A stretch of DNA of 64,000 bases from the NCBI GenBank assembly GCA_028687545.1, contig JAQTZZ010000002.1, forward strand, positions 139,635 through 203,634. The letters are read 5' to 3'. Below are positions 9,333 through 18,613 of the stretch, piece by piece. The notes beneath the pieces were generated by a model that worked only from the letters and a program-made list of their open reading frames with translations, made no database searches and was not told where the DNA came from. Each line of letters starts with the position of its first letter. Position 1 is the first letter of the stretch. A program made the translations under genes and the position numbers. Source of the stretch: Candidatus Wallbacteria bacterium. Lineage in GTDB: Bacteria > Muiribacteriota > JAQTZZ01.

Positions 9333-10140
9333 AGGTACGCTTCTTAAATCTGTCGTAAAACAACTGCCACTGTTCAGGCACTTTCCTGACAACCTGGTCG
9401 TAGAATTCAAGGTATCTGCGACTTTGATCCTCAACCGATTCATCCGGATTGGCTGAAGTCAGATTCTCAAGCACAATCCTGTGAAATCCATTTTTTTTCC
9501 GCTTCAGGTAAATTCCCACTACAGGAAGCCCGTATCGCTTTGAGAGCCTGGCAGGCCCTGCCGGGAATGACACATCGCATCCGCACCAGGAGAGCCTGAT
9601 CCCGTTCGGTCCTCCGTCATGGTCTGAGATCAGGCCCAGCACTTCCTTTTTCCTGATCAGCCTGAGAACCCCCAGAATGTTGTCATGGTCGATCAATCTG
9701 ATTCCGACCTTATCCCTGTAACTGTTCAATATTTTCTCCTGCAGTTCGCTTCTGGCGCGCAAGTAGATCGAAGTGAGCGGCAGCCCGTATGCCACCAGAG
9801 CACCTCCCAGCAGTTCCCAGTTTCCCAGATGCATTGAGAGAAAAATCATGGCTTTCCCGCTGCTGCGCGCTTTTTTCACCAGTTCCTGATCGAGCTCGTC
9901 AAAACGCACGATCCGCCTGATCTGATCCGGAAACAGGCTGAAATAAAAAAGTTCAAAGAGCAGCTGCCCCTGCTGTCTGAAAAATTCCCTGACAGTCTTC
10001 TGAAGCTTAAATTCACTGATGTCAGGGAAAAGAGCCCGCAGATTCCGCTCAGGCACCTCGGCCAGGGAGGGGGCGCACCGATAAACAAACAGCCCGATAA
10101 GCCGGGCTGTTGAACTTCCAATCCTGTATAAAAGCATCAC
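9319..10140 (-). CDS. lpxL: lipid A late acyltransferase, LpxL/HtrB (lauroyl/myristoyl acyltransferase) family
   Basis: 273-aa product with the family's size and layout (MHLGNWELLGG; DHDGGPNGIRL). Overlaps the giant gene's stop by 4 bp and waaA's start by 14 bp. The exact paralog (LpxL, LpxM or LpxP) is not resolvable. Confidence 0.7.
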   Translation of the reverse strand: MMLLYRIGSSTARLIGLFVYRCAPSLAEVPERNLRALFPDISEFKLQKTVREFFRQQGQLLFELFYFSLFPDQIRRIVRFDELDQELVKKARSSGKAMIFLSMHLGNWELLGGALVAYGLPLTSIYLRARSELQEKILNSYRDKVGIRLIDHDNILGVLRLIRKKEVLGLISDHDGGPNGIRLSWCGCDVSFPAGPARLSKRYGLPVVGIYLKRKKNGFHRIVLENLTSANPDESVEDQSRRYLEFYDQVVRKVPEQWQLFYDRFKKRTYGLD

Positions 10141-13100
10141 TCTTTTTCAGCTTCCAGGTCTTTCCAGAAGGTGGTATTGACACGCTTGGGCTTGAGCATT
10201 TCCTGCGCTTCCCTGGTGATCTCGCTGTCTACAGGAGCCAGGTTGACGACTACGATGAACTCTGCCACAGCCTCGTCGATCATGCCTTTATCGCGGTAAG
10301 CTTTGCCAAGGTAGAAATGCGCATTGACATTGTTCTCGTCCAGAGCGATGATCCGTTTGTATTCCAGCACAGCGTCGTCCAGTCTGCCCTTCTTCAGATA
10401 GAGGGAAGACAGGCTGAAATGGGCATCCAGGTTGCGGCTGTCCCGGCGCAGGCCCTCTTCCAGCATCTTGGCGGCTTCCTCGAATCTGGAAAGCTCTTTA
10501 TAAACTTCTGCCAGCATGAAATAACCCTGGGCTCCCTCAGGCATCAGGCCGATCACCTTCTGCAGTTCTTCCAGCGCGTAATCGTACAGTTCGCGGTCCA
10601 GATAGATCTGGGCCAGCATGTTATGCGCCTCAGTTTCCTGGGGATTTTCGCGGATAATGTCCTTGTAGGCGGTGATGGCACGGTCGTAAAGCTTCTTGTC
10701 CTTGTAGATCCTGGCGAGCGACAGTCTGGCCTTGAGACTCACAGGCTCCACTTCGATCGCTTTCTTGTAATATGAGATCGCTTCCTCCATCATACCCTTG
10801 CCGACGTAGAGGTCTCCAAGATAGATGTATGGTTCGGCCTTGCCAGGTTCGATCTTGCGGCATTTTTCCAGCACCACGATCGCATTGTCGTTCATCTTGA
10901 GGCGCAGGAAAAGCTTGCCCATTCCCATGTGAATCCTGTAATCCTGCGGCCGCTTTTCCGAGAGCTTCTGATAGATCTGCCTGGCTTTCTCGTCCTCGTT
11001 CAGCCCCTCGTAACATTCCGCCTCTTTCCTCAGCAGTTCCTCGTCGTCCTCCCGCTCCAAGAGCAGCTTCTGGAAATAGCGCAGGGCTTCCTGGAATCTG
11101 TTCTTCTTGAAATAGATGTTGCCGATGATTTCCAGTGATTCCTGGCTGTCCGGGAAATTGCCGAGCACTTCATGCAGGAGAGGCAGGGCGTCATCCAGTT
11201 TGCCGATTCTCACGTAGCAGCGGGCGAGGCGGATCTTCAATTCGTGATCCTGAGAGACTTCCATCGCCTTCTTGATCTCAGCCACAGTTTCCGAAATCAT
11301 GTCCCTGCTGTAGTAGATGTCTGCCAGGAGTTTGTAAGCTTCCACCGAATTCCTGGGGTAATATTCCTTGATCTTGGAAAGCACAGTCACGGATTTCTCG
11401 AAATCACGCAGATGCCAGTATGTTTTACCCATCCAGAGCAGCAGATCAGGGTCTTTTTCCTTCAGCTCCCTGGCTTTTTTAAAATAGTCCAAAGCTCCTT
11501 CTGGATTTTTTTTAGTTGCTTCGATCGTGCCCAGGCGGTAGAAGGCTTCGAAGGAATTGGGGTCGAGATAGAGGAGTTTCTGGTAGAGTTCTTCCGCTTC
11601 CTTGAAGCGTTTCATCGAGAGATAAACCTCTCCCATTTCCCGCAGGAATTCCTGATTATTCATGCGCAGGTGGACAGCCCGCTCGAGACAAGGCAGGGCG
11701 GCCTTGAGGTCACCCCTGCTGCGGTGGATTCTGCCCATTTCGAAATAGGCTTCCACAAAATTGGGGCTGACTTCGATCGCTTTCTGGAAAAGGCGGATGC
11801 TGTCCTCAAGAAGCTTCCGCTCCAGATAAATCATGCCCAGATAATAATATGCTTCGGCCCGGTTGGGGTCATTCAGAACTACCTGTTCCAGATGCTTGAG
11901 CGCCAGGTTGAAATCGTGTTCCTGGTAATAGATTGTCCCCAGCTCGAAGAAGGCGTTGATATCTTCCCCGTTCTTTTCAAGATATTTCTCCAGGTTTTCC
12001 TTGGCTTCCGAAGTTTTACCCATGCCCTTTTCAAGCAGTGCCAGCCTGTAGCGGGTGTCCTTGTAACCTCCGGTCATCTCGATCACTTTCAACAAATTCT
12101 GATACGCCTTATCCGGCTTGCCGAGCTTCTGATATACATAACCTGAGAGGTAATACGCTTCAGGCTCGCCGATCGACAGATTGCGGGCTTTTTCATACTG
12201 CGCGATGGCCTCGTTCAGCATGTGGGCTTTCTCATAAGCAGTTCCCAGAGTGATCCGCAGGTCGTAAGAAGCCTCGTCGAGATAAGTGGCTTTCTCCAGG
12301 TAGGAAATGGCTTCGTCGATCCTGTCGCGCTCGATCAGGATCTTCCCGATGTCGTGCATGGCAGGCTTGAATCTCGGATTGTACTGGATAGCCCGCTCCA
12401 TGTTCCTGGTGGCCGCGTCCAGCATGTTCTGCTGCCAGTAAATGCGGGCCAGCCAGTAATAAGCTTCGGCCGTTTCCGGCCAGCGCTCGATCAGACGCTT
12501 GAAGAGCGACTGGGCGGAATCGTATTTTTTCTTTTCGAAATAGCATTTCGCCAGCAGCAGGTTGGTTTCCCTGTCGTCAGGAGTCAGGCGTGACTGCTCG
12601 TCCAGAAATGGAATGGCATCATCGATCTGGTCCTCTTTCAATCTGAGCTTTGCCAGATACAGATTCACCTGTTCAAAAGCATTGTTTAAAGAGTAAACCT
12701 TGCGGAAGAGGTCGGCGGCTTTATTCAGATCGCCAAGTTTGAAGGAGATCAGCCCGAGTTCGTAATCCACAGTCGGAGTGCTTTCCTTCTCCATCTGCCG
12801 CAATTCCTGAAGCTCGATCTCAGCTTCGCTGAAACGCTCCTTTTCCCGGTAGAGTCTGGCAAGATAGATCCTGACTCTGGGTTCAGCGGGAAGCAGTTCT
12901 TTCAGTTTCTGGAATTTGAACAGCGCGTCCTCGAAATCACCGTTGTAGTAGTGGGCTTCCCCGAGATTCATAAGAATTTCAGGGGTTTCCTTCCTCTCCA
13001 CGACAGCGCGATATTCATGGACAGCTTCTGCATATCGTCCCATCTTGAAATAGACCTGTGCCAGCCTGCTCCTTACCCCGACGTCGTCGGTATTGAAATT

Positions 13101-16100
13101 CAAAGCTCTGCGCAAGGATTCCTTGGCTTTCTCATTTTCGTTCATAGCGATGAAAATTTCCGCTTCGATGGACAGAAGTTCGGCGTCCTTATCACGGGCC
13201 GGAACAGGTTCCAGGGTTTTAAGGGCCTGATGGGTGTTTTCACTAAGCAGATAGGCTCTGGCAAGCAGCTTGCGGCCTTCACAGTCCTGCGGGCAGATCT
13301 TCATGAAACGTTCCAGTTCCAGGATGGAATTGGCGTAATCGCACTTGGCGAAATAGCTCTGCGCAAGCAGCAGGCCGTAACGCGCTTCCCCGGTATTTAC
13401 CATCAGCTTGCGGAAAAGTTCCACGGATGTTTCCAGGTCTCCCCTTGCTCTGGCGATCAGTCCTCCCAGTTCCTCGATCCGCTGCTCTCCGGCTCCCCCT
13501 GCCTTTCCGAGCCATTCGGAGGCCTGCTCGAAATTTCCCTGCTTGTAATTCAGCAGCGAGAGGTAATATTCGGAGCCTGCATCAGGAGATTGAACCAGCA
13601 CAGCTTTGAAATCAACAAGGGCCTGATCGTATTCTCCGTTCTCGAGATGAATTTTCCCGATCTCCAGATTATTCTTGCACTTTTCAAAACAAAGGAGCGC
13701 TTTTTCCCGTTCGTTGCCCGCAAGATACAGCCTGGCAAGTTTTTCGAACATCTCAGGGGGCTTGTCGCCGGGAAAATTTTCCAGCGCTTTGACCGCACCG
13801 GTAAGATTGTTCTGCTCTTCCATGATTTGTGAAAGCATCATCCGCAAGTCCATCTGCACCGGGGATAAGAAGATGGCACGTTCCAGCAGGAATGCCGCCT
13901 TGTCCAGCTTGCCGTCCTCCCGGTAAATCATGGCCAGAAGCTGATAAGGGAGAAAATTGTCAGGTTTGAGCGGGATCACTTTTTCCAGGATCTTCTCGGC
14001 TTCCCGCTTGAGCTTCCTGTCGAAATACGCGGCTGCCAGTTCGGAGAGGAGGGTAAGATTTTCCGGATCCTTATGCCTGGCCTTTTCCAGGATGGAAATG
14101 GCATCACCGGCCCTTTTGTCTTCCCTGAGCATCCGGCCGAGTTCGATGTATGAGTCCAGATAGTTAGGCAGATTCTCGATCAGTTCCTCCAGGATCTTCC
14201 TGGCTTCTTCCCGTTTGCCGGCCAGCTGATAAATCCGGGCCAGATTGTAACGCGCGCTCTCATGATACGGGTTGAGCATCAGGAGCTTTTTCACGGCTTC
14301 TTCTGCCAGGTGATAATGTCCCTGCTCGAAATAGATCCGGCTCATGAACAGCCAGGGATCCTCGCTGGACGGATGATGGCTCAGATATTCCTCGAAATCC
14401 TTCTGCGCCAGCACATGTTTTTTCAGATTGAAATTGATCTTGCCTGAGAGCAGGATATATTCAGGGTTGGGGTCAGGGGTTTCCCTCAAAAATTCCACTT
14501 TTTCCGCCGCTTTTTCGTAATTCCCGGTTTCAAGGTAGCAGACTGTCAGCAGATAACCGACATCTTCTGAAACCCGGTCCAGCTTCTCGGCTTTCTGCAG
14601 GAAGGAAACCGCATCCCCGTGACGCTTCTGATCGATCAGAATCCTGGCTGCATCGAGCAGTACCGCGAGTTTCTCCGGAGCAAGCTCCACCGCCTTATCC
14701 AGGGACTTTCTGGCCAGATCGTGTTTTTCCTGACAGGCCAGCACTCCGCCGAGCATCAGGTAAGCCTGGCTTTCGCGCTTGTCTTTACAGATTTCCCGTA
14801 GAATCTCCTCAGCCTTGGCATGGCTCCCCTTTTTCCAGTATGCATCGGCCAGTACCATGCCTGCGGAATAATTCCCGGGCCAGAGCGGCCGCAGGAGCTC
14901 AATCACCTGGCCGAATTCCTTCCTGGTCAGATAGATTCTCCCGAGAAATTCACGGACTTCAGCGTTTTCGGGCTCGAATTTCAAATATTGCCTGAAGTTC
15001 GCTTCGGCCTGGACGAAATCCTGTTTGTGATAATAAATCCTGCCTGCCTGCAGGAAAGCCTGCTTGAAGCTGGGATTCAGTTCCATCACTTTTTCCATGG
15101 CCAGCAGGGCATCCTGCTCTTTGCCAAGTTTCTGATAGACCTCGCCAATTTCAAAATAGGCCTGATATGAGGAAAAGTCGATCTCGACAGCCCTGTGGAA
15201 CTCGTTCAGAGCCTCTTCAAACAGACCCTGTTCCTTGAGTATTTTTCCCAGGTAAAAGTAAGCGTCAAAAAACTTCGGCTGATGAAGCAGGGCTTTCTGC
15301 AGAAGTTCCTTGGCGTCATTGAGCATTTTCTGTTCCTTGTAGACCATGGCCAGCCCCAGCAGCGCCTGGAAGTTTTCGGGTTCATTGTCCAGAATGGACT
15401 TGAAGAGCAGGTTGGCTTCAGTCACTTCGCCGTTGGCAAGATATGCCTGCCCCAGTTCCAGGTAAGCGCCGAAATCGCTCGGAGTTTGAGAAATTGCCGT
15501 TTTGAACGCTACTATCGCATGAGAAAGCTTGCCGCGCAGCCTGAGTATCTTTCCCAGCAGGTAATGATAACCCGGGACTTTTCGCTCTTCAGGGATTTCC
15601 CTGATGATGCGCTCAGCATCGACGACCCGGCCCAGCTCGAAATATGCCCGGACCAGTTTGAGCTTCAGCTCAGGGCTTTTCAGACCGGAGGGCAGGCCTT
15701 CCAGGAAATCGACCGCCAGCAGGTAGTTGTTCATCTCAATCAGGCAGTCGGCTTTCCGGGAATACACCTCACGGTCGGATGGAGAAATCTTCAGCGCACG
15801 GTCGTAAAGTTTCAAAGCCTCGTCGAACAGTTTCCGCTTCCTGTACGCGCTGCACATGCACAGGTAAGCATCAACGCTTTCAGGCTTGATCTCCAGAAGT
15901 TTCTTCAAAATGGAAATCCCGTCGTCAAAATTGCTGTTCCTGAAAAAGGCTTCAGCCAGCATCAGATGGAATTTCTCATTTTCCCTCTGTATGCTCAGTG
16001 CTTTCCCGAGATATTCGGTGGCCAGTTCCAGCCTGCCTGCGTTCAGGTTCGCTTCACCAAGACAGGCATAAATCTCTGCGTCCCGGTCCTTTTCCTCGAT

Positions 16101-18107
16101 CCTTTCCAGGTATTCGCAGGCGTCCTGCCATTTGGAAAGTTTGAGGCTGATGCTGCCAAGATTCCTCAAGGCTTCCAGGCATTCCGGAGCCTTAGCCAGC
16201 ACGTCCCTGAAACAGGCGTAGCCTCCTTCCAGGTCGTGTTCCTCAAGCAGCAGCTTCCCTTTGAGAAGCAGCGGATTATAATCGTCAGGCTTGAGGGTCA
16301 GGCATTTTTCGATGAAACGTCCGGCCTTGCGGTAATCTTTCTGACTGCCGGAAAGCATTGCCAGAAAATAATAGGCATCCGCATTTTCTTCGATTTCCAG
16401 GATTTTCTTAAGGTACTGTTCCGCCTGCTGAGGCTTTCCGTTCTGAAAGCAGACCTCAGCCAGTTCAGAGAGCAGATTCAGATGCCTGCTCCCGGTATCG
16501 AGCGAGACGGCCTTTTCCAGGTAATAGATCGTTTCCTCGATCAAACCCCTCTCACGGGAAATCTTTCCGAGGTAATAATAAATCTCATTCTGGTAGGGAT
16601 TGAGTTCAGCCACTTTCTTGAATTCCAGAAAGGCTTTTTCCAGGTCTTTCTGCTCAAAATAAGCCTTGGCGAGATAGAAATGCAGCCTTTCATTGAAGGG
16701 TTCATATTCAAGGGCTTTCAGCCACTCGCGGGTTGCTTCGCCGGTCTTTCCCTGTTCGTAGAAAGAGAGCCCCAGCTCGAAATAACTGCGGAAACTGTCC
16801 AGCCCCATGTTTTCCAGAATCGAGGAGGCTTTCTCGCGCACGAGCTGGGATTTGTCCTTGAGTGCTCCGATGAGAGCTTCGGTGGCTTCGCTGCTGCCTA
16901 TCCCGGCCAGGGCTTCCACAACCGCCACCCTTACTTCTTCCTGCGGATCAGACAGATATTTCATCAATTCAGGTACTGCTTCCTTATACCCCATGAATTT
17001 GATCGTGTTGATAGTTTCCACCCTGATGAAAGGTGAAGGTGATGACATTGTATTCAGGAGCAGCCGATAGATTTCTTCGCAGGGAAAATTCCGGAGAGCC
17101 TGGAGTGCGACTTTTTTCAGCTCCAGGTCATCGCTTTCCAGGGCAGAAATGAAGATGCCCTTGCTCTTCTCGTCCCCGATTTTGATCAGGGCGCTCAGGA
17201 TTTCCTTCTTCACTTCCCGATGGGTATCGTTGAATGCGTTGATCAGTGCTTCCTGTGTGGTTTCCAGGCCGAGCCGTTCCAATGCCCGGGCTGCATTCCT
17301 CCTGACTTCCCACTGGTGGTCTGCAAGGGCTTTGACCAGGTTGGGGGCAGACTTTTCGTCTGACAGTTCACCCATCGCCCAGACGCAGTTTTTCCGCACA
17401 TCAGGGTTGGAGTCCTCCATAGCTCGGATCAGAGCGTCGACAGCTGAGGAATTGCCAACTCTACCCAAGGCACGGGCTGCCAGAGAACGCACTTTACCGT
17501 TCTGGTCCTTGAGGGATTCCAGGATCGCCGGAATCGCCCGCTCGTCTCCGAGCTGAAAGAGCATTTCCAGAGCCTTGCTCCGAAGCTGCGGGGCCGGATC
17601 ATTCAAGGCGGCGATCAATGCATCGATTGAGCGCTTGTCATGGAAGACTTCCAGAGCTTCCAGCACCTGGCCTCTGACTTCCCGGTTCTCATCCGACATG
17701 ATCTGCAGCAATGGTTCCAGAGCCCGTTCGTCGCCAATGTTCTTCAGGGCATCGATTGCAGTTTTGCGTACATCGCTGTTCTGGTCTCTGAGCATCGGCA
17801 GCATGCATTCGACGCTGCCCTTGTTCCTGAATTCTCCCAGAGCCCTCGTGGCTATGATCCGGATTTCTTTGTTATTCTCCCGGAGAAGCTGCTCCAGAAC
17901 CGGTATGATTCTGGTGTCTTTCAGTTCCAGAAAAATCTCCACCACCCTGACTACAACCTGCTGGTTGAGGGTTGGGAGCAGCCTTTTAATGTCTTCGAAA
18001 TAGTCCAGCAGCCTGTTCTTGCGAATTAATTCCAAGGCTTCGAGTTTATCCAGCAGGGACGGACTTTCTAAACCCTTGATAATCTTTTCTTGTTCAGCAC
18101 TTTTCAT
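10137..18107 (-). CDS. giant (2656 aa) HEAT-repeat plus TPR-repeat protein
   Basis: Uninterrupted ORF. N-terminal ~450 aa are PBS-lyase-type HEAT repeats (DVRKTAIDALKNIGDERALEPL; NREVRGQVLEALE...). The rest is dozens of 34-aa TPR-like units (A.YYLG..Y...G....A...F.KA.E.DP). GGGGGA Shine-Dalgarno before the ATG at 18107. Confidence 0.85.
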   Translation of the reverse strand: MKSAEQEKIIKGLESPSLLDKLEALELIRKNRLLDYFEDIKRLLPTLNQQVVVRVVEIFLELKDTRIIPVLEQLLRENNKEIRIIATRALGEFRNKGSVECMLPMLRDQNSDVRKTAIDALKNIGDERALEPLLQIMSDENREVRGQVLEALEVFHDKRSIDALIAALNDPAPQLRSKALEMLFQLGDERAIPAILESLKDQNGKVRSLAARALGRVGNSSAVDALIRAMEDSNPDVRKNCVWAMGELSDEKSAPNLVKALADHQWEVRRNAARALERLGLETTQEALINAFNDTHREVKKEILSALIKIGDEKSKGIFISALESDDLELKKVALQALRNFPCEEIYRLLLNTMSSPSPFIRVETINTIKFMGYKEAVPELMKYLSDPQEEVRVAVVEALAGIGSSEATEALIGALKDKSQLVREKASSILENMGLDSFRSYFELGLSFYEQGKTGEATREWLKALEYEPFNERLHFYLAKAYFEQKDLEKAFLEFKKVAELNPYQNEIYYYLGKISRERGLIEETIYYLEKAVSLDTGSRHLNLLSELAEVCFQNGKPQQAEQYLKKILEIEENADAYYFLAMLSGSQKDYRKAGRFIEKCLTLKPDDYNPLLLKGKLLLEEHDLEGGYACFRDVLAKAPECLEALRNLGSISLKLSKWQDACEYLERIEEKDRDAEIYACLGEANLNAGRLELATEYLGKALSIQRENEKFHLMLAEAFFRNSNFDDGISILKKLLEIKPESVDAYLCMCSAYRKRKLFDEALKLYDRALKISPSDREVYSRKADCLIEMNNYLLAVDFLEGLPSGLKSPELKLKLVRAYFELGRVVDAERIIREIPEERKVPGYHYLLGKILRLRGKLSHAIVAFKTAISQTPSDFGAYLELGQAYLANGEVTEANLLFKSILDNEPENFQALLGLAMVYKEQKMLNDAKELLQKALLHQPKFFDAYFYLGKILKEQGLFEEALNEFHRAVEIDFSSYQAYFEIGEVYQKLGKEQDALLAMEKVMELNPSFKQAFLQAGRIYYHKQDFVQAEANFRQYLKFEPENAEVREFLGRIYLTRKEFGQVIELLRPLWPGNYSAGMVLADAYWKKGSHAKAEEILREICKDKRESQAYLMLGGVLACQEKHDLARKSLDKAVELAPEKLAVLLDAARILIDQKRHGDAVSFLQKAEKLDRVSEDVGYLLTVCYLETGNYEKAAEKVEFLRETPDPNPEYILLSGKINFNLKKHVLAQKDFEEYLSHHPSSEDPWLFMSRIYFEQGHYHLAEEAVKKLLMLNPYHESARYNLARIYQLAGKREEARKILEELIENLPNYLDSYIELGRMLREDKRAGDAISILEKARHKDPENLTLLSELAAAYFDRKLKREAEKILEKVIPLKPDNFLPYQLLAMIYREDGKLDKAAFLLERAIFLSPVQMDLRMMLSQIMEEQNNLTGAVKALENFPGDKPPEMFEKLARLYLAGNEREKALLCFEKCKNNLEIGKIHLENGEYDQALVDFKAVLVQSPDAGSEYYLSLLNYKQGNFEQASEWLGKAGGAGEQRIEELGGLIARARGDLETSVELFRKLMVNTGEARYGLLLAQSYFAKCDYANSILELERFMKICPQDCEGRKLLARAYLLSENTHQALKTLEPVPARDKDAELLSIEAEIFIAMNENEKAKESLRRALNFNTDDVGVRSRLAQVYFKMGRYAEAVHEYRAVVERKETPEILMNLGEAHYYNGDFEDALFKFQKLKELLPAEPRVRIYLARLYREKERFSEAEIELQELRQMEKESTPTVDYELGLISFKLGDLNKAADLFRKVYSLNNAFEQVNLYLAKLRLKEDQIDDAIPFLDEQSRLTPDDRETNLLLAKCYFEKKKYDSAQSLFKRLIERWPETAEAYYWLARIYWQQNMLDAATRNMERAIQYNPRFKPAMHDIGKILIERDRIDEAISYLEKATYLDEASYDLRITLGTAYEKAHMLNEAIAQYEKARNLSIGEPEAYYLSGYVYQKLGKPDKAYQNLLKVIEMTGGYKDTRYRLALLEKGMGKTSEAKENLEKYLEKNGEDINAFFELGTIYYQEHDFNLALKHLEQVVLNDPNRAEAYYYLGMIYLERKLLEDSIRLFQKAIEVSPNFVEAYFEMGRIHRSRGDLKAALPCLERAVHLRMNNQEFLREMGEVYLSMKRFKEAEELYQKLLYLDPNSFEAFYRLGTIEATKKNPEGALDYFKKARELKEKDPDLLLWMGKTYWHLRDFEKSVTVLSKIKEYYPRNSVEAYKLLADIYYSRDMISETVAEIKKAMEVSQDHELKIRLARCYVRIGKLDDALPLLHEVLGNFPDSQESLEIIGNIYFKKNRFQEALRYFQKLLLEREDDEELLRKEAECYEGLNEDEKARQIYQKLSEKRPQDYRIHMGMGKLFLRLKMNDNAIVVLEKCRKIEPGKAEPYIYLGDLYVGKGMMEEAISYYKKAIEVEPVSLKARLSLARIYKDKKLYDRAITAYKDIIRENPQETEAHNMLAQIYLDRELYDYALEELQKVIGLMPEGAQGYFMLAEVYKELSRFEEAAKMLEEGLRRDSRNLDAHFSLSSLYLKKGRLDDAVLEYKRIIALDENNVNAHFYLGKAYRDKGMIDEAVAEFIVVVNLAPVDSEITREAQEMLKPKRVNTTFWKDLEAEKE

Positions 18108-18162
18108 CTATCCCCCAACTTTTTCAAATACAAAATGGTTTACCCTTCAGACAGACCCGCTA

Positions 18163-18192
18163 ATGATAATTAATCAGGCTTTATTTTGTCAA
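18163..18192 (-). promoter_or_regulatory. putative sigma70-type promoter of the giant HEAT/TPR gene
   Basis: On the - strand: TTGACA (complement of 18187-18192), 18-nt spacer, TATCAT (complement of 18163-18168), about 55 nt upstream of the ATG at 18107. Confidence 0.3.
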
Positions 18193-18220
18193 ATTAAGTA
18201 AAGAATGAGCATTGAAGTAG

Positions 18221-18240
18221 AGACGCGCCATGGCGCGTCT
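18221..18240. promoter_or_regulatory. perfect 20-bp palindrome AGACGCGCCATGGCGCGTCT
   Basis: Exactly self-complementary. Sits ~30 bp upstream of the putative -35 of the giant gene and ~40 bp downstream of the small ORF at 18280..18399. Could be an operator or a hairpin. Confidence 0.35.
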
Positions 18241-18279
18241 TTACCCTCGGATGTTGCAAGAAATTTGCCGACTCAACAA

Positions 18280-18399
18280 TCAGATGTGTTTGAATACCGG
18301 TTTCAGGGCATCAATGGCCTTGAAAAAAAGTTCCACCCCGACGAAAGATACGATCAGCGGGAGAAAAATGCAGAGCATGACCAGTAAAAGCAGTTCCAT
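18280..18399 (-). CDS. possible 39-aa small membrane protein (MELLLLVMLCIFLPLIVSFVGVELFFKAIDALKPVFKHI)
   Basis: ATG at 18397-18399 preceded by AAGGGGATAAG (Shine-Dalgarno-like); a single predicted transmembrane helix. An alternative upstream start at 18462 would give 60 aa. Confidence 0.25.
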   Translation of the reverse strand: MELLLLVMLCIFLPLIVSFVGVELFFKAIDALKPVFKHI

Positions 18400-18613
18400 C
18401 TTATCCCCTTGCCTTCGGCAGCTTTTTTTCTGAACTGAGTTGAGTATCTGAGACGGTATCAAGTATTGCCGTCAAACTCAGGAATTGTTCAGACATTCTG
18501 CCTGAAGAATCGTATATAATACTCATCGGTACATATTGCATAAAAAATTATGCTAAACAATCCGCAAAATGTTTTTTCGAAAATCGGGAAAACTTTTTAC
18601 TGAAGTCTCGAAT

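Noticed and set aside
10110-17556. Many long + strand ORFs (for example 11172..12146, 12951..13832, 15195..17036) in the six-frame track
   Set aside because: All lie antisense inside the 8-kb HEAT/TPR gene; their translations are low-complexity and motif-free. The - strand ORF is continuous with clear HEAT/TPR periodicity and coupled downstream genes, so these are shadow ORFs.
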